A stretch of 64,000 nt of DNA, taken from assembly GCA_965209055.1 (NCBI GenBank), contig OZ242374.1:6013183-6077182 (forward strand), given 5' to 3'. Numbering within the stretch: position 1 is the stretch's first letter; every line of letters starts with the position of its first letter. Made by a program: the position numbers and the translations under genes. Origin of the DNA: Acidobacteriota bacterium. Lineage in GTDB: Bacteria; Acidobacteriota; UBA6911; RPQK01; JAJDTT01. The notes below the pieces were generated by a model that made no database searches, had not been told where the DNA came from, and was given only the letters and a program-made list of their open reading frames with translations. This document shows positions 38,487 to 49,089 of the stretch, one piece after another.

Positions 38487-40930
38487 ATTCCGCTCCACTC
38501 CCGGGTCTTTCGGCACTGACTCTGAGGACCATTCTTTCGCTCCCGATTCTGCTGGGGTTGGGGGAAGGAATCCGGGCGGCCGGACAGGAATCGGTCTGCC
38601 GGGGGAATTTCGACGAAGCCCTGTCACTGATTCTCCAGACTCGAACGGTCGAGGCCAGGGACAAGCTCCGGGGGTGCGTGGCCACCGGCCCGGCCAACGC
38701 CGACCTGCACTATCAGCTCGCCCGCACGCACATCGTCGACTTCAACCAGTCGCGCACCGCCGCCGCGGGACGGGAATCCCTGGGGCAGGCCGTTCGAGAG
38801 TTGGACCGGGCGCTCGCCATCGATCCCGAACATCTCAATGCACTGCGGCTGAAATACCCGATCCACCGGGGCAAGGGGAGCATCTACTACGACCCCGGGA
38901 GGGCCCACGAACTGGCCCGAAAGGTCATGGCTCTTCAGCCCTCGTCCCACCCCTTTCTGCTGAACGTCGCCGAGTGGCTGGGACTGAGCGGGGTCCGATT
39001 CTACGTCGAGAGCGAAGACCGGGTGCCGCACGATTCCATGATCGGACTCGACCGCGCCGCTTCCCTCCTGGAGCGGATGCTCGGGGAAACGGCGCCCTTC
39101 ACGCCGGACGAGGAATCGGCGCTCCTCCTGCTGGGCAAGGTCCAGGCCAAGAGCGGACGGCACGTCCAGGCCATCGAGACCTATCAGTCCGCGCTCCTCC
39201 GCCGCCTGACGCCCGCCCAGCGGATCGATGCCTTCCGCGGAGTCGGCACCAGCCATATTCACCTGGGGAACTACCCGGCGGCCGGGAAGTCCATTCTCAA
39301 TGCGTTGCAGATACGAGTCGATCCATTCAGCCAGTGGCTGTTCAAGGTGGTCCTGGACCGGTTGGGCAGTCTTCCGGTCGATTTCCCTCCCGAACTGCTT
39401 TTTCCGCTTCGTTCGGAACCGGCCGACCGGCTGAATCCGCCGCTCCTGGAGTTCACCGACGTGGCCTCCAGTCTCGGCGTCAACCGGCGGGACGGCCACG
39501 GGACCTGCGCCTGGGGCGACTATGACGGCGACGGCGACCTGGACCTGCTCCTGGGAGGGAGGGACACTTTCGTCGCTCTCTACCGCAATGACGGGCGCCG
39601 GTTCGTAGAGGTCACGGACGGGGCGGGCCTGTCGGGGGTCCCGTCGGGCTACAGTCTCAACTTCGTCGACTACGACAACGACGGAGCCATCGACATCTAC
39701 CTCGGCCTCAACGGCTGGAGCGGTCCCATGGCCAACCGGCTCTTCCGAAACCGGGGGGACGGGACCTTCGAAGACGTTTCGCGACAGGCGGGCGTGGCCG
39801 ATCCGGGCTCCGGGTTCGTCTCCCTCTGGGGAGATCTCGACAATGACGGCGACCTGGACCTGGTGGTGGGCAACGGGGTGCTGAGGGACGGGTCGACCAC
39901 TCAGATCTACCGGAACAACGGCGACGGGACCTTCGCCAACTCGACTCGGCAAGCCGGCTTGGCGGAGCCTCCCGAATTCGGAACCATCGGGATCGCCCTG
40001 GGAGACTACGACCGGGACGGCGACCTGGATCTGTTCATCAACGGCTGGGACCCCGCTCCCAACCGCCTCTACCGCAACAACGGCAACCTCACATTCACCG
40101 AGGTGGCCCGGCAGGCGGGGGCCGTGCAGCCCGCCCATGCCGGTTACGTCTGTTTCTTCTTCGACTACGACAACGACGGCTTTCCCGACATCCTGGCCAC
40201 CAGCCTGGGGACCTGGCCGGCGGTGCTGGCCGGCTTGCAGCGGTCCTACTCCGTCCCCAACCTGGAGGCGGTCGATCGCAACGCGCCCCGGCTGTTCCGA
40301 AACAACCGGGACGGCACCTTCACCGATGCGACCTGGGAGGCCAGACTCTACTATCCGGTGGGCAGCATGGGCGCCGGCGTGGCCGACGTGGACAACGACG
40401 GTTACATGGACATCTTCTTCGGCACGGGGGACCCGCAGCTCTCCCGCCTGGAGCCCAACCGTTTCTTCCGCAACAACGGCGACGGGACCTTCTCGGACCT
40501 GACCATGGCCTCGGGGCTGGGCCACATCGGAAAGGGGCACGGCGTAACCTTCATCGACTACGACGGCGACGGCGACCTGGACATCTACGCCCAGATCGGA
40601 GCGGCCGATCCCGGGGACATGTGGGAGAACGCCTTCTACAGAAACGAGAAGGGGAACCGGAACCACTGGCTCCAGGTCGATCTCGCCGGAACCCGAAGCA
40701 ACCGCCACGGCGTGGGGGCCGTGCTGGTGGCCCGTGCCGGCGGCCTGACCGTGCACCGCGAGGTGAAGGGCAGCGAGGGATTCGGGTCCACCAACCCCTA
40801 TCGGGTGAGCTTCGGGTTGGGACGCAGGACCCGGGTGGATTCGCTCGAAGTCAATTGGCCGGGCGGGGAGAAACAGACCCTCCATGACCTGCCCGCCGAC
40901 CGGGTGATCGCCGTGACGGAAGGCGAATAG
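38480..40930 (+). CDS. TPR + FG-GAP/VCBS repeat + ASPIC/UnbV (CRTAC1 family) protein
   Basis: Repeated D[YL]D.DGD.D and NRL[FY]RN.GDGTF motifs; C-terminal FGLG...VDSLEVNWP. Confidence 0.9.
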   Translation: MLNSAPLPGLSALTLRTILSLPILLGLGEGIRAAGQESVCRGNFDEALSLILQTRTVEARDKLRGCVATGPANADLHYQLARTHIVDFNQSRTAAAGRESLGQAVRELDRALAIDPEHLNALRLKYPIHRGKGSIYYDPGRAHELARKVMALQPSSHPFLLNVAEWLGLSGVRFYVESEDRVPHDSMIGLDRAASLLERMLGETAPFTPDEESALLLLGKVQAKSGRHVQAIETYQSALLRRLTPAQRIDAFRGVGTSHIHLGNYPAAGKSILNALQIRVDPFSQWLFKVVLDRLGSLPVDFPPELLFPLRSEPADRLNPPLLEFTDVASSLGVNRRDGHGTCAWGDYDGDGDLDLLLGGRDTFVALYRNDGRRFVEVTDGAGLSGVPSGYSLNFVDYDNDGAIDIYLGLNGWSGPMANRLFRNRGDGTFEDVSRQAGVADPGSGFVSLWGDLDNDGDLDLVVGNGVLRDGSTTQIYRNNGDGTFANSTRQAGLAEPPEFGTIGIALGDYDRDGDLDLFINGWDPAPNRLYRNNGNLTFTEVARQAGAVQPAHAGYVCFFFDYDNDGFPDILATSLGTWPAVLAGLQRSYSVPNLEAVDRNAPRLFRNNRDGTFTDATWEARLYYPVGSMGAGVADVDNDGYMDIFFGTGDPQLSRLEPNRFFRNNGDGTFSDLTMASGLGHIGKGHGVTFIDYDGDGDLDIYAQIGAADPGDMWENAFYRNEKGNRNHWLQVDLAGTRSNRHGVGAVLVARAGGLTVHREVKGSEGFGSTNPYRVSFGLGRRTRVDSLEVNWPGGEKQTLHDLPADRVIAVTEGE

Positions 40931-40944
40931 AGTCCCTGGGAGGG

Positions 40945-43726
40945 GGGACTGTTAGTCCCAACTGTCCCACAGTCAAAGACTACCGAACGTTAACGTTTTC
41001 AATATGTTACCGGGTTCTTCGCCGGACCGGTAAGGTGTTTGACTCCCCATGTTTGACGTGCTGAACAGGCAACAAACAGGCAGCCGAATCGGTTCCTGAC
41101 AGCCGCCCCGCCCTTTTTTCCCCTTCCGGTGCCTGGCTCAGAGCCCTTATCAGTTAGGCTTTGCTGACCGTTTGGCTCCACCGCAGGACTCAGCCTGAGG
41201 CCGAAGGTGTCCGGCTTCGAACGGCTCGGCATTCCCAAGCATCAGCATCCCCGGCAAGTGTACTACGGCACGGTCGGGAAGACCCGGCACTACTTGGCGT
41301 TCAAACTGCCGATTGCCGTCGAGGACGACAGGGCCGTCCTCGTCGGTGTCGATCCGGAGCCTGTGGCCACCAAGGGTCTGCGCTCCTGGATGGCGGCGCA
41401 CCGGCGGTGGAGGAGCGCTCCGTCTCAGTTGTGATCGAGATGACCACTCTCGGCCGCCGCAAAGATTTTTGGAGACTCGTTTCGGGTGTGCGTCAAGGGG
41501 TCTCGCGCCCGATCCGGGAGTGTGAATGGGACATGGGGGGTGGATTCACAAAAAGCGGTCCCGGTGATTCACACCTCCGCTTTCCCCGATCGTTTTTCCT
41601 TTCAGTCAGTTACGGCCCCCTACCCCCGGACGCCGGCGCCCGCACGGGGAGATCGGAGGTGGACGGGAGCGACCCCCCCTTTTTGCTGCCCGGTGCGGGC
41701 GCGGGGGTGTTGCGCGATTCACATCTGCGCAACACCCCCTGGGGGGGTCGCTCCCGTCTCAATTATCCTTGCAGGAAGGCCCGGAGGAAGACCGTGGACC
41801 GGGTGGACCTGTCCCCCCAAACCCCCCAGTGGCGCCAGAACCCCTGGCGGCTCACATTGCCGCCAGTGAACCTGACGCTCGTCGCGGGTGGGCCAGCCCC
41901 CCCGAACCCCCCGGATGCGAAGAGACACATACCAACTGAAAATCCCTTCCAGAGAGCGCCGAGGCCCTGGGTTCGAGCCTCCCCACCGTGTGGAAAATCA
42001 GAGATTTCCCACAGGGTGCGTCGTTTTGCCGACCCTACAATCAGCGCCCCCCACCAAAGAAAGTCTGCTCCCGGCTGGAAGCCGTCCGAGACCGCGCGAG
42101 GGACCCATTCCTATGGGACGCGACAAACAGGAGCGCGTGAAAAAGGGTCAGGCAGGGTGAGCCTGACTCTTTGAGGGCGCCACTGGGGGGTCTGGGGGGA
42201 AAGGTTCCCCCCGGTCCGTCATCCGTTCCGGCTGGCCGGCCTCGCGGACCAGGACGTCACCGGCCCGCCGTTGGAGGACCTCGACCACGGTCGCGGTCCA
42301 GGTCTCTTGGCCCCGCGTCGTGATCGGGATGGAGCCGCCGAGAAGGCGCTCGGGGAGCTTGCCGGTGGCCGCAAGGCAGGACGAACTCCAGGAGCCCTCT
42401 TCGAGCTTGTAGGGACTCCACGCCGACGATACGGAGCTTTCGCAGGTGTTTTGCCATCGACACCGGAGAGGTTGGACAGGGGCCGTGCTGGCGGCCATGG
42501 ACAGGTGGTACGATTCGCCCCATGGCGAAGAACCCGGATCCGGAAAGGAGGAGATGCATGGGCATCTACAAGGTGAAGGATCGCCGGGGGAGACGACGTT
42601 TCGTCGTCAGCAAGTACTGGCCGAACGGATCCGGTCGGCTCCGAATGTACGCCCCCAACTACCGGAGCGCACAGGCGCTTCAAACACGAATCGAGTCCAG
42701 CATCCTGGACGGCACATGGAAGCAGCTCAAGGAGGAGCTCGCCGGCGGGAAACGCACCATCTGGACGGTCCGGAGCTTCTACGAGCGTTTCTTCGAGGAG
42801 TATTGCAAACCTCGTCTGCGCTCTTTGCGCCGGTACACGCTCTCGTTCAAGAGCCTCAACGCCATGCTGGGGAACATTCCCTTGAAGGAGTTCCAGCGCA
42901 AGGACCTCCACCGCTACGTCGCGAAACGGAAGGGGCAGGTCCAGCCGGCCACGGTGAACCGCGACATTGCGGCCCTCAGCAAGCTGTTTTCCTACGCGCT
43001 GGAGTGCGGGGAAGTGGACACGCACCCGCTGGTGAGATTCCCCAAACTCAAAGAACCCAAGAAGGTCTTCCGGCCCTTGACGGTTCAACAGTTCCGCGAC
43101 CTGGTCGAGGCGGTGGACAACCCTTACCTGCAAGCCATGATCGCGGTGATCGGCGAGACGGGGATACGGAAAGGCGAAGCGTTGTCGCTCACCTGGAAAC
43201 GGTTGGACCTGTCCCGGAGGCTGCTATGGGTGGAGTTCACCAAGGACGACGAGCCGAGGGAGATTCCGCTCTCGAAGTACGCTGCCGGATATCTGGCCGG
43301 GCTGGTTCGCTACCTGAACATCCCTTACGTCTTCGTCAACACCCGGACGGGGACGAAATGGGTGAATCCCGACAAGCCTTTGCGCCGGGCCGCCGAGCGG
43401 GTGGGGTTGAAGGTCGGATTTCACGACCTGAGACGCTTCCGGTGCAGCCATTGGCTGATGCAGGGGGTGGACGTGAGGACGGTGCAGAAGCTGATGGGGC
43501 ACTCATCGATCAGCACGACCATGCGCTACGCGGGTTACGTCAGTTCTCATGCACTCGCCAGCATACGGGAGGCACAGGCTACCGAAGACTCACAAATGCG
43601 ACCGGCAACAAACAGGCAACGGGCAGGAAATAGGGGAATGATTAGAGAAGAGCAGTGGCGTAAACCCTTGAAAACACAAGCACACGCCCCAAGCTCAGCA
43701 GGACAGAGCACGGGACTGTTAGTCCC
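40945..43726 (+). mobile_element. Integrative element E2 (about 2.8 kb), cargo-free
   Basis: Direct repeat GGGACTGTTAGTCCC at 40945-40959 and 43712-43726; conserved distal end, hairpin module and integrase. Confidence 0.92.
41662..41758 (+). other. Conserved branched hairpin module (E2 copy)
   Basis: GACGGGAGCGACCCCCC/GGGGGGTCGCTCCCGTC outer stem with two inner hairpins. Confidence 0.8.
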
Positions 43727-43748
43727 CCATTCTTTTTCGCAACGTTAA
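42558..43748 (+). CDS. int: Tyrosine recombinase/integrase (copy 2), C-terminus extended through the att site
   Basis: Same catalytic motifs; a one-base shift near 43633-43637 bypasses the stop used by the other copies. Confidence 0.95.
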   Translation: MGIYKVKDRRGRRRFVVSKYWPNGSGRLRMYAPNYRSAQALQTRIESSILDGTWKQLKEELAGGKRTIWTVRSFYERFFEEYCKPRLRSLRRYTLSFKSLNAMLGNIPLKEFQRKDLHRYVAKRKGQVQPATVNRDIAALSKLFSYALECGEVDTHPLVRFPKLKEPKKVFRPLTVQQFRDLVEAVDNPYLQAMIAVIGETGIRKGEALSLTWKRLDLSRRLLWVEFTKDDEPREIPLSKYAAGYLAGLVRYLNIPYVFVNTRTGTKWVNPDKPLRRAAERVGLKVGFHDLRRFRCSHWLMQGVDVRTVQKLMGHSSISTTMRYAGYVSSHALASIREAQATEDSQMRPATNRQRAGNRGMIREEQWRKPLKTQAHAPSSAGQSTGLLVPHSFSQR

Positions 43749-43811
43749 TGGAAGTCCGGCGGTTAGGAAACCGCTCCAAACAAACCCCCGCCTATCCCAA
43801 AGCGCTACGGC

Positions 43812-44864
43812 CTACCCCAAAGTATTCGTCCACCCAATCAAAAACATGGAAGCAGACAAAACCAGTATCGAAACCCCCATCACCGCCATGGACTTCCTCG
43901 ATGCGCCGGTCCACTCGCCACCCAACGCCCCCCAGAAGGTCGCGGCAATAATCGACATGGCGGAAGCCATGGGCCAACCGATGACCTCGCGAAGGTCGCC
44001 CAGCATGGAGCCTCCTATGCCGTAGGTGACGACGCCGCAGACCCACAAGATTCCCATGGCGGCACCCACCCCGTAGTGATATGGCTGCCCCCGAAAAATG
44101 TGCCAACTTCTCCCCTTGACGATCAGGTAGACACAGTATCCCGCATTCACCAGGAAACCCGCGGTCAAGGCCACCACCCAGATGACGTTCGAAGCCATCG
44201 AGGGCGAAGTCCCGAGCAGAACGGCTTGGTCGGCCAACCTGATCCCGTAAGCGAAGCTCAGGTTCAGCATGGGTGAGAGTATTCCCGAGAGCCCGGCCAC
44301 GAGCAGCCCCAGAAGCACCGGCGCCGAACCTGTGGATTCCTTCACTGCGGTGCCGGAACCCTCCCCAGTTTCCTCGAGACGTCCAGGAGAATCCTCCCTC
44401 AACTTCCCCGCCCACGCGGAGAGCAGGACACCGGCGACGACCAGCAGCACCCCGAAGCTGATCACCATGCCCTTGAAGGTCAGGAAATCGTCCCAGTGGA
44501 GAAGAACGAACGGCGCCATGGTGCCGATGGCCGCGGTCAGGCCCATGACGATGGCGTAGCTCAGGGCCAAGCCGACCATCTTCAGCGCCAATCCATAGAG
44601 GACGGACCCCACTCCCCACCCCATGCCGAACAGGAAGACCAGAAGCAGGTCGCGACCGTCGACCGCCGCCAAAACGGCAAACAGAGACTCGACGGTGAGA
44701 AAACCGAGGAGCCAGGGAATCAGGATCATCGCAGTCACGGAAAAGAGCAGCCAGATATGCTCCCACTTCCAACTGCGCGTGAACTTGAGACCCAGTCCAA
44801 AGGCGGAATTGGCGGTGGACCCCGTCAGGATCACCAGAATTCCGAGGCCGAAACCGGTTTCCAT
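43812..44864 (-). CDS. L-rhamnose/proton symporter RhaT-like (DMT superfamily) transporter
   Basis: WKWEHIWL, FGMGWGVGSVLYGL, GFLVNAGYC, LGGEWTG; about 10 transmembrane segments. Confidence 0.8.
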   Translation of the reverse strand: METGFGLGILVILTGSTANSAFGLGLKFTRSWKWEHIWLLFSVTAMILIPWLLGFLTVESLFAVLAAVDGRDLLLVFLFGMGWGVGSVLYGLALKMVGLALSYAIVMGLTAAIGTMAPFVLLHWDDFLTFKGMVISFGVLLVVAGVLLSAWAGKLREDSPGRLEETGEGSGTAVKESTGSAPVLLGLLVAGLSGILSPMLNLSFAYGIRLADQAVLLGTSPSMASNVIWVVALTAGFLVNAGYCVYLIVKGRSWHIFRGQPYHYGVGAAMGILWVCGVVTYGIGGSMLGDLREVIGWPMASAMSIIAATFWGALGGEWTGASRKSMAVMGVSILVLSASMFLIGWTNTLG

Positions 44865-44902
44865 CGGCAAACCTCCTTGCCAGAAACTACACTGGAGGGG
44901 AT

Positions 44903-46072
44903 ATGGAGACAATCCAACTGCCGAAGTTGGCCATCACCATGGAAGAGGGAACCGTGGTGCGATGGCTCAAACGGGAGGGCGACCCCATCGCCGAGGGCGA
45001 TCCGGTGGTCGAGATCGAGACCGAGAAGGCCAATGCCGAGATCGAATCCACCTGCGGCGGGTACTTGAAGAGAATCGCCGTCAAGGAAGGTGAAACCGCT
45101 CCGGTGGAAGCCGTGCTGGCCTATATCGCCGGCGACGAAGCGGAATTGAATGCTCCATTCGAACCCGCCATTCCCGAGCCGAAGCCGAAAGCCCGGCCGG
45201 TTTCCACGAAGCCGTCCCCCAAGGCCCCGCCCCGGGTACCCGCGGCGAAACCGAAAGGCCCGGTTCGCGCCGCTCCGGCCGCCCGCCGTCTGGCGCGGGA
45301 ACTGGGCCTGGATCTCGCCTCCATTCAGGGGAGCGGCCCCGGAGGACGCATCCTGCCGGCGGACGTTCATCGGGCGAAAGCGGCTGCCGCCGAACCGCCG
45401 AAGGACCCGCTGGAAAAGCGAAAGCCCATCATCGCCACCCTGGCCAAGTCCATCGAGTCGATTCCCCACATTCACATCTGCCGGGAATTGCCTGCGGATG
45501 GGTTGATGGCCGTCAAGCAACGCAACCGGGACGTCACCTACACGGAGATCCTGCTCAAGGCACTGGCGCTGGCGGTCGAGAAATCTCCCGTGTTCAAGAC
45601 TTCACTCGTAGACGGCCGGCTCCACCAGCCGGACACAACCAGGCTGGGGTTCGTCGTCGATGTGGAGGACGCCCTGGTGATCCCCACCATCGAAGACCCG
45701 GCAAACAAGTCGATCCAGGCTCTGGCCGCCGAGGTGCGCGGCCTGACCCGCCGGGCCCGGCAGGGGACCCTGAAGCACGCCCACGTGAGCGGCGCCACGG
45801 TGAGCCTCAGCAATCTCGGAATGCATGAGGTCGACCTCTTCACGGCCGTCATCCCTTACGGCCAGGTCGCCGTGCTCACCACCGGCCGGGTCCGATATCA
45901 ACCGGCTGTCCAAGAGGGATCGCTCGTGGAAGTCCCCCGGCTCTGGGTGAACCTGACTGTCGACCACCGCCTCATCGACGGCGTCGCCGCCGCCAAGTTC
46001 TTGAAAACGCTGGCAAACTTGCTTCGGGATGGGAGCGGCGGTTTCCTCACCGGCGGATTGCCATTCACATAG
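44903..46072 (+). CDS. Dihydrolipoamide acyltransferase (2-oxoacid dehydrogenase E2 component)
   Basis: Lipoyl ETEKAN, E3-binding GSGPGGRI, catalytic DHRLIDG. Confidence 0.9.
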   Translation: METIQLPKLAITMEEGTVVRWLKREGDPIAEGDPVVEIETEKANAEIESTCGGYLKRIAVKEGETAPVEAVLAYIAGDEAELNAPFEPAIPEPKPKARPVSTKPSPKAPPRVPAAKPKGPVRAAPAARRLARELGLDLASIQGSGPGGRILPADVHRAKAAAAEPPKDPLEKRKPIIATLAKSIESIPHIHICRELPADGLMAVKQRNRDVTYTEILLKALALAVEKSPVFKTSLVDGRLHQPDTTRLGFVVDVEDALVIPTIEDPANKSIQALAAEVRGLTRRARQGTLKHAHVSGATVSLSNLGMHEVDLFTAVIPYGQVAVLTTGRVRYQPAVQEGSLVEVPRLWVNLTVDHRLIDGVAAAKFLKTLANLLRDGSGGFLTGGLPFT

Positions 46073-46169
46073 CGAAAAGAAAGACGGGGGGACTAACAGT
46101 CCCGTGCTCTGTCCTGCTGAGATTAGGTCGAGCGCATTTATTTTCAAAGGTTTACGCCACTTCCCTCCT

Positions 46170-47258
46170 CTACTCATTCCTCCTATTTCCTGCCCGTTGC
46201 CTGTTTGTTGCCGGGCGCATTTGTGAGTCTTCGGTAGCCTGTGCCTCCCGTATGCTGGCCAGCGCGTGGGAACTGACGTACCCGGCGTAGCGCATCGTCG
46301 TGCTGATCGCCGAGTGACCCATCAGCTTCTGGACCGTTCTCACGTCCACACCCTGCATCAGCCAATGGCTGCACCGGAATCGTCTCAGATCGTGAAAGCC
46401 GACCTTCAACCCCACCCGCTCGGCGGCCCGGCGCAATGGCTTGTCCGGATTCACCCATCTCGTCCCGGTCCGGGTGTTGACGAAGACGTAAGGGGTGCTC
46501 AGGTAACGAACCAGCCCGGTCAGGTATCCTGCGGCGTACTTCGACAGTGGGATCTCCCTCGTCTCGTCGTTCTTGGTGAATTCCACCCATAGCAGCCTCC
46601 GGGATAGGTCCACCCGTTTCCAGGTGAGCGACAACGCTTCGCCTTTCCGAATCCCCGTCTCACCGATCACCGCAACCATGGCTTGCAGGTAAGGGTTGTC
46701 CATCGCCTCGACCAGGTCGCGGAACTGTGGAACCGTCAAAGGCCGGAAGACCTTCTTGGGTTCTTTGAGTTTGGGGAATCTCACCAGCGGGTGCGTGTCC
46801 ACCTCTCCGCACTCCAGCGCGTAGGAAAACAGCTTGCTGATGGCGGCGATGTCGCGGTTCACCGTGGCCGGCTGCACTTGCTTCTTCCTTTTGGCGACAT
46901 AGCGGTACAGGTCCTTGCGTCGGAACTCCTTCAGGGGAATGTTTCCCAGCATGGCGTTGAGGCTCTTGAACGAGAGCGCATAGCGACGCCGGGAGCGCAT
47001 GCGAGGTTTGCAGTACTCCTCGAAGAAACGCTCGTAGAAGCTCCGGACCGTCCAGACGGTGCGGTTCCCGCCGGCGAGTTCCTCCTTGAGCTGCTTCCAT
47101 GTGCCGTCCAGGATGCTGGACTCGATTCGTGTTTGAAGCGCCTGTGCGCTCCGGTAGTTGGGGGCGTACATTCGAAGCCGACCGGATCCGTGCGGCCAGT
47201 ACTTGCTGACGACATAGCGTCTTCTCCCCCGGCGATCCTTCACCTTGTAGATGCCCAT
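46170..47258 (-). CDS. int: Tyrosine recombinase/integrase (copy 3)
   Basis: R-K-HxxR-H-Y residues intact; near-identical to the other copies. Confidence 0.95.
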   Translation of the reverse strand: MGIYKVKDRRGRRRYVVSKYWPHGSGRLRMYAPNYRSAQALQTRIESSILDGTWKQLKEELAGGNRTVWTVRSFYERFFEEYCKPRMRSRRRYALSFKSLNAMLGNIPLKEFRRKDLYRYVAKRKKQVQPATVNRDIAAISKLFSYALECGEVDTHPLVRFPKLKEPKKVFRPLTVPQFRDLVEAMDNPYLQAMVAVIGETGIRKGEALSLTWKRVDLSRRLLWVEFTKNDETREIPLSKYAAGYLTGLVRYLSTPYVFVNTRTGTRWVNPDKPLRRAAERVGLKVGFHDLRRFRCSHWLMQGVDVRTVQKLMGHSAISTTMRYAGYVSSHALASIREAQATEDSQMRPATNRQRAGNRRNE

Positions 47259-47874
47259 GCATCTCCTCCTTTCTGGATCCGGGTTCTTCGCCGTGGGGCG
47301 AATCGTACCACGAGTCTAGAGAATTGACGTAGGCGTTCAAGTCCTCCAAGGTGAAGACTCGGCGGCAACTTCTACCGCCAGTTTGGGGAGAAACCCTCCA
47401 AGGCGAGCGACAAAGCGGTCGTAAATAACCTTCCCAACAACCTGCGGACTGATTCTCTAAGTTCCATAACCCATTCGCCATAAAAGAGTTGTGAATTTTA
47501 CGGCGACACTCTTTCTTCCCATTCTTTCCACCAGAACGAATTGGCCGAACTGCAAAGCTCATCAGCCAGCACCTCTCAGCAATAGAAATTCGTTCAATTC
47601 AGTGATGTGGGGTGAGTGAGTATGTTCTGGTCTCTGCCTCTGGTTGAAGTTGTCCAGAAAGTCTTCTGGCCCGCACGTCGAAAAACCGATCCGGTTATCT
47701 GGCCTGTATTGGCCTGAAACAACCCGGTTAAGGACCTAGGATAGGCCTCTGGAAGTCGGCGCAAGCACACGCTGGTTCCAGCGCGGGATCGGGGAACTCT
47801 CACGCACATCGCTCTGGCTTCTGTAATTGTCTGTCCCTCATGGGAAACTGACCACGTCAAATGAGAGATCGCGC

Positions 47875-48924
47875 ATGAATGATGCAGCTAAGACTAATCG
47901 AACCGAAGAGTCTCAACTCCCTGAACCAGTAGTACAAGCCCTGAATACCATCCTGGCAAGCGTCAGAGCTTGGCATCAGTTTCAGGAACATGCATCCGAT
48001 CTTCGTCGCGAGAACCAGCGGGAGAACGACTCGGAGCAATCCATGTTCGAGGACGAAACCGCTACCCGAGCTTGGCTCGACACTGTTGAATCGGCAGAAA
48101 GGGCCGGGGCGCTTTCGCCTCCGCGCATTTTTCTGCTGCGAGTGTATGCCATCGAACGCATTCATGACCGACGTGTGCACGAAGGTTTGTACGCTGAACT
48201 CGAAGTCATCGTGGAGAAAATGGACACCATACGCCAGCGAGAAGGGCTCAATGACGATCAATTCTGGCCCATTGGTCAGGGGCCAGAGGACTGGGAAGAT
48301 CTGGAGCATCAATACACGGAAGTTCTGGAGGCAAGGTTCGAGGAGGCGCTACGTGAATTTGGCTTTGACAACATCGCCGATCTCTATCACACGGACCGCA
48401 AATCATACGACGCCCGCAGAGAAATGGGCCGACGGCTCCTCATTGAAGGTATCCCCGAGTTGGAGCGGCTGAGCACTGTCCAACGACAGTTTGAAACTGA
48501 AGCTGGAATCTGCGCGAAGGGAGGTGCGTATCACGCGGCTGCGGTCATGCTCGGCTCCGCCATTGAAGCTGCGCTCTTGTTCACTTGCTTAAATCGGCGC
48601 GACGATGCTGGAAATGCACGTAGTCGTTTGCCCGATGACAAGCGCCCGGAACGCGCCAATCCAAAACGTTGGAGCTTGCATCAACTCGCGATGGTGGCGG
48701 AAGAAGCAGGATGGCTACCGGGATTTAATGTAGGACCCGCAACGCTTCAATCTCCTCCACTGCTCGACATGATGCGGAATTTTCGCAATTTGGTCCATCC
48801 CAGATGTCATCTATCCGACAGGAGAATCGCTGATGTCGAGCGCGAGTATGACAATGCACAAGCCGCCTACAATCTACTCAAGTGGCACCTGGCCACACTT
48901 CGCGTGAGTTCCGACGGAGAGTGA
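47875..48924 (+). CDS. Hypothetical protein with C-terminal HEPN/DUF4145-like domain
   Basis: AYHAAAVMLGSAIEAAL...WSLHQL...MRNFRNLVHP; lower GC. Start uncertain. Confidence 0.6.
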   Translation: MNDAAKTNRTEESQLPEPVVQALNTILASVRAWHQFQEHASDLRRENQRENDSEQSMFEDETATRAWLDTVESAERAGALSPPRIFLLRVYAIERIHDRRVHEGLYAELEVIVEKMDTIRQREGLNDDQFWPIGQGPEDWEDLEHQYTEVLEARFEEALREFGFDNIADLYHTDRKSYDARREMGRRLLIEGIPELERLSTVQRQFETEAGICAKGGAYHAAAVMLGSAIEAALLFTCLNRRDDAGNARSRLPDDKRPERANPKRWSLHQLAMVAEEAGWLPGFNVGPATLQSPPLLDMMRNFRNLVHPRCHLSDRRIADVEREYDNAQAAYNLLKWHLATLRVSSDGE

Positions 48925-49089
48925 GGTCAGTCGTTTACCACTTTCTGGGCGAGGAGGGTGGACCTCAATCCATCATCGAGAAAGGAGAAGACGCCATGCA
49001 ATTCTTCATATGAGTTCTGATGCTGTTGGTCCGCGATAACACTGGAGTCCCGCACAGAACATCAGGGTTCCTGTCGATGAGTTTTTCTG

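Noticed and set aside
39500-40600. Recurring GACTACGAC/GACGGCGAC repeats
   Set aside because: They encode FG-GAP protein repeats and are not a DNA-level array or CRISPR.
42446-43633. Long same-strand alternative-frame ORF overlapping the integrase (also 13815-14933)
   Set aside because: This frame is depleted of stops in GC3-rich genes, and it is broken by stops in E3 and E4 at synonymous int sites.
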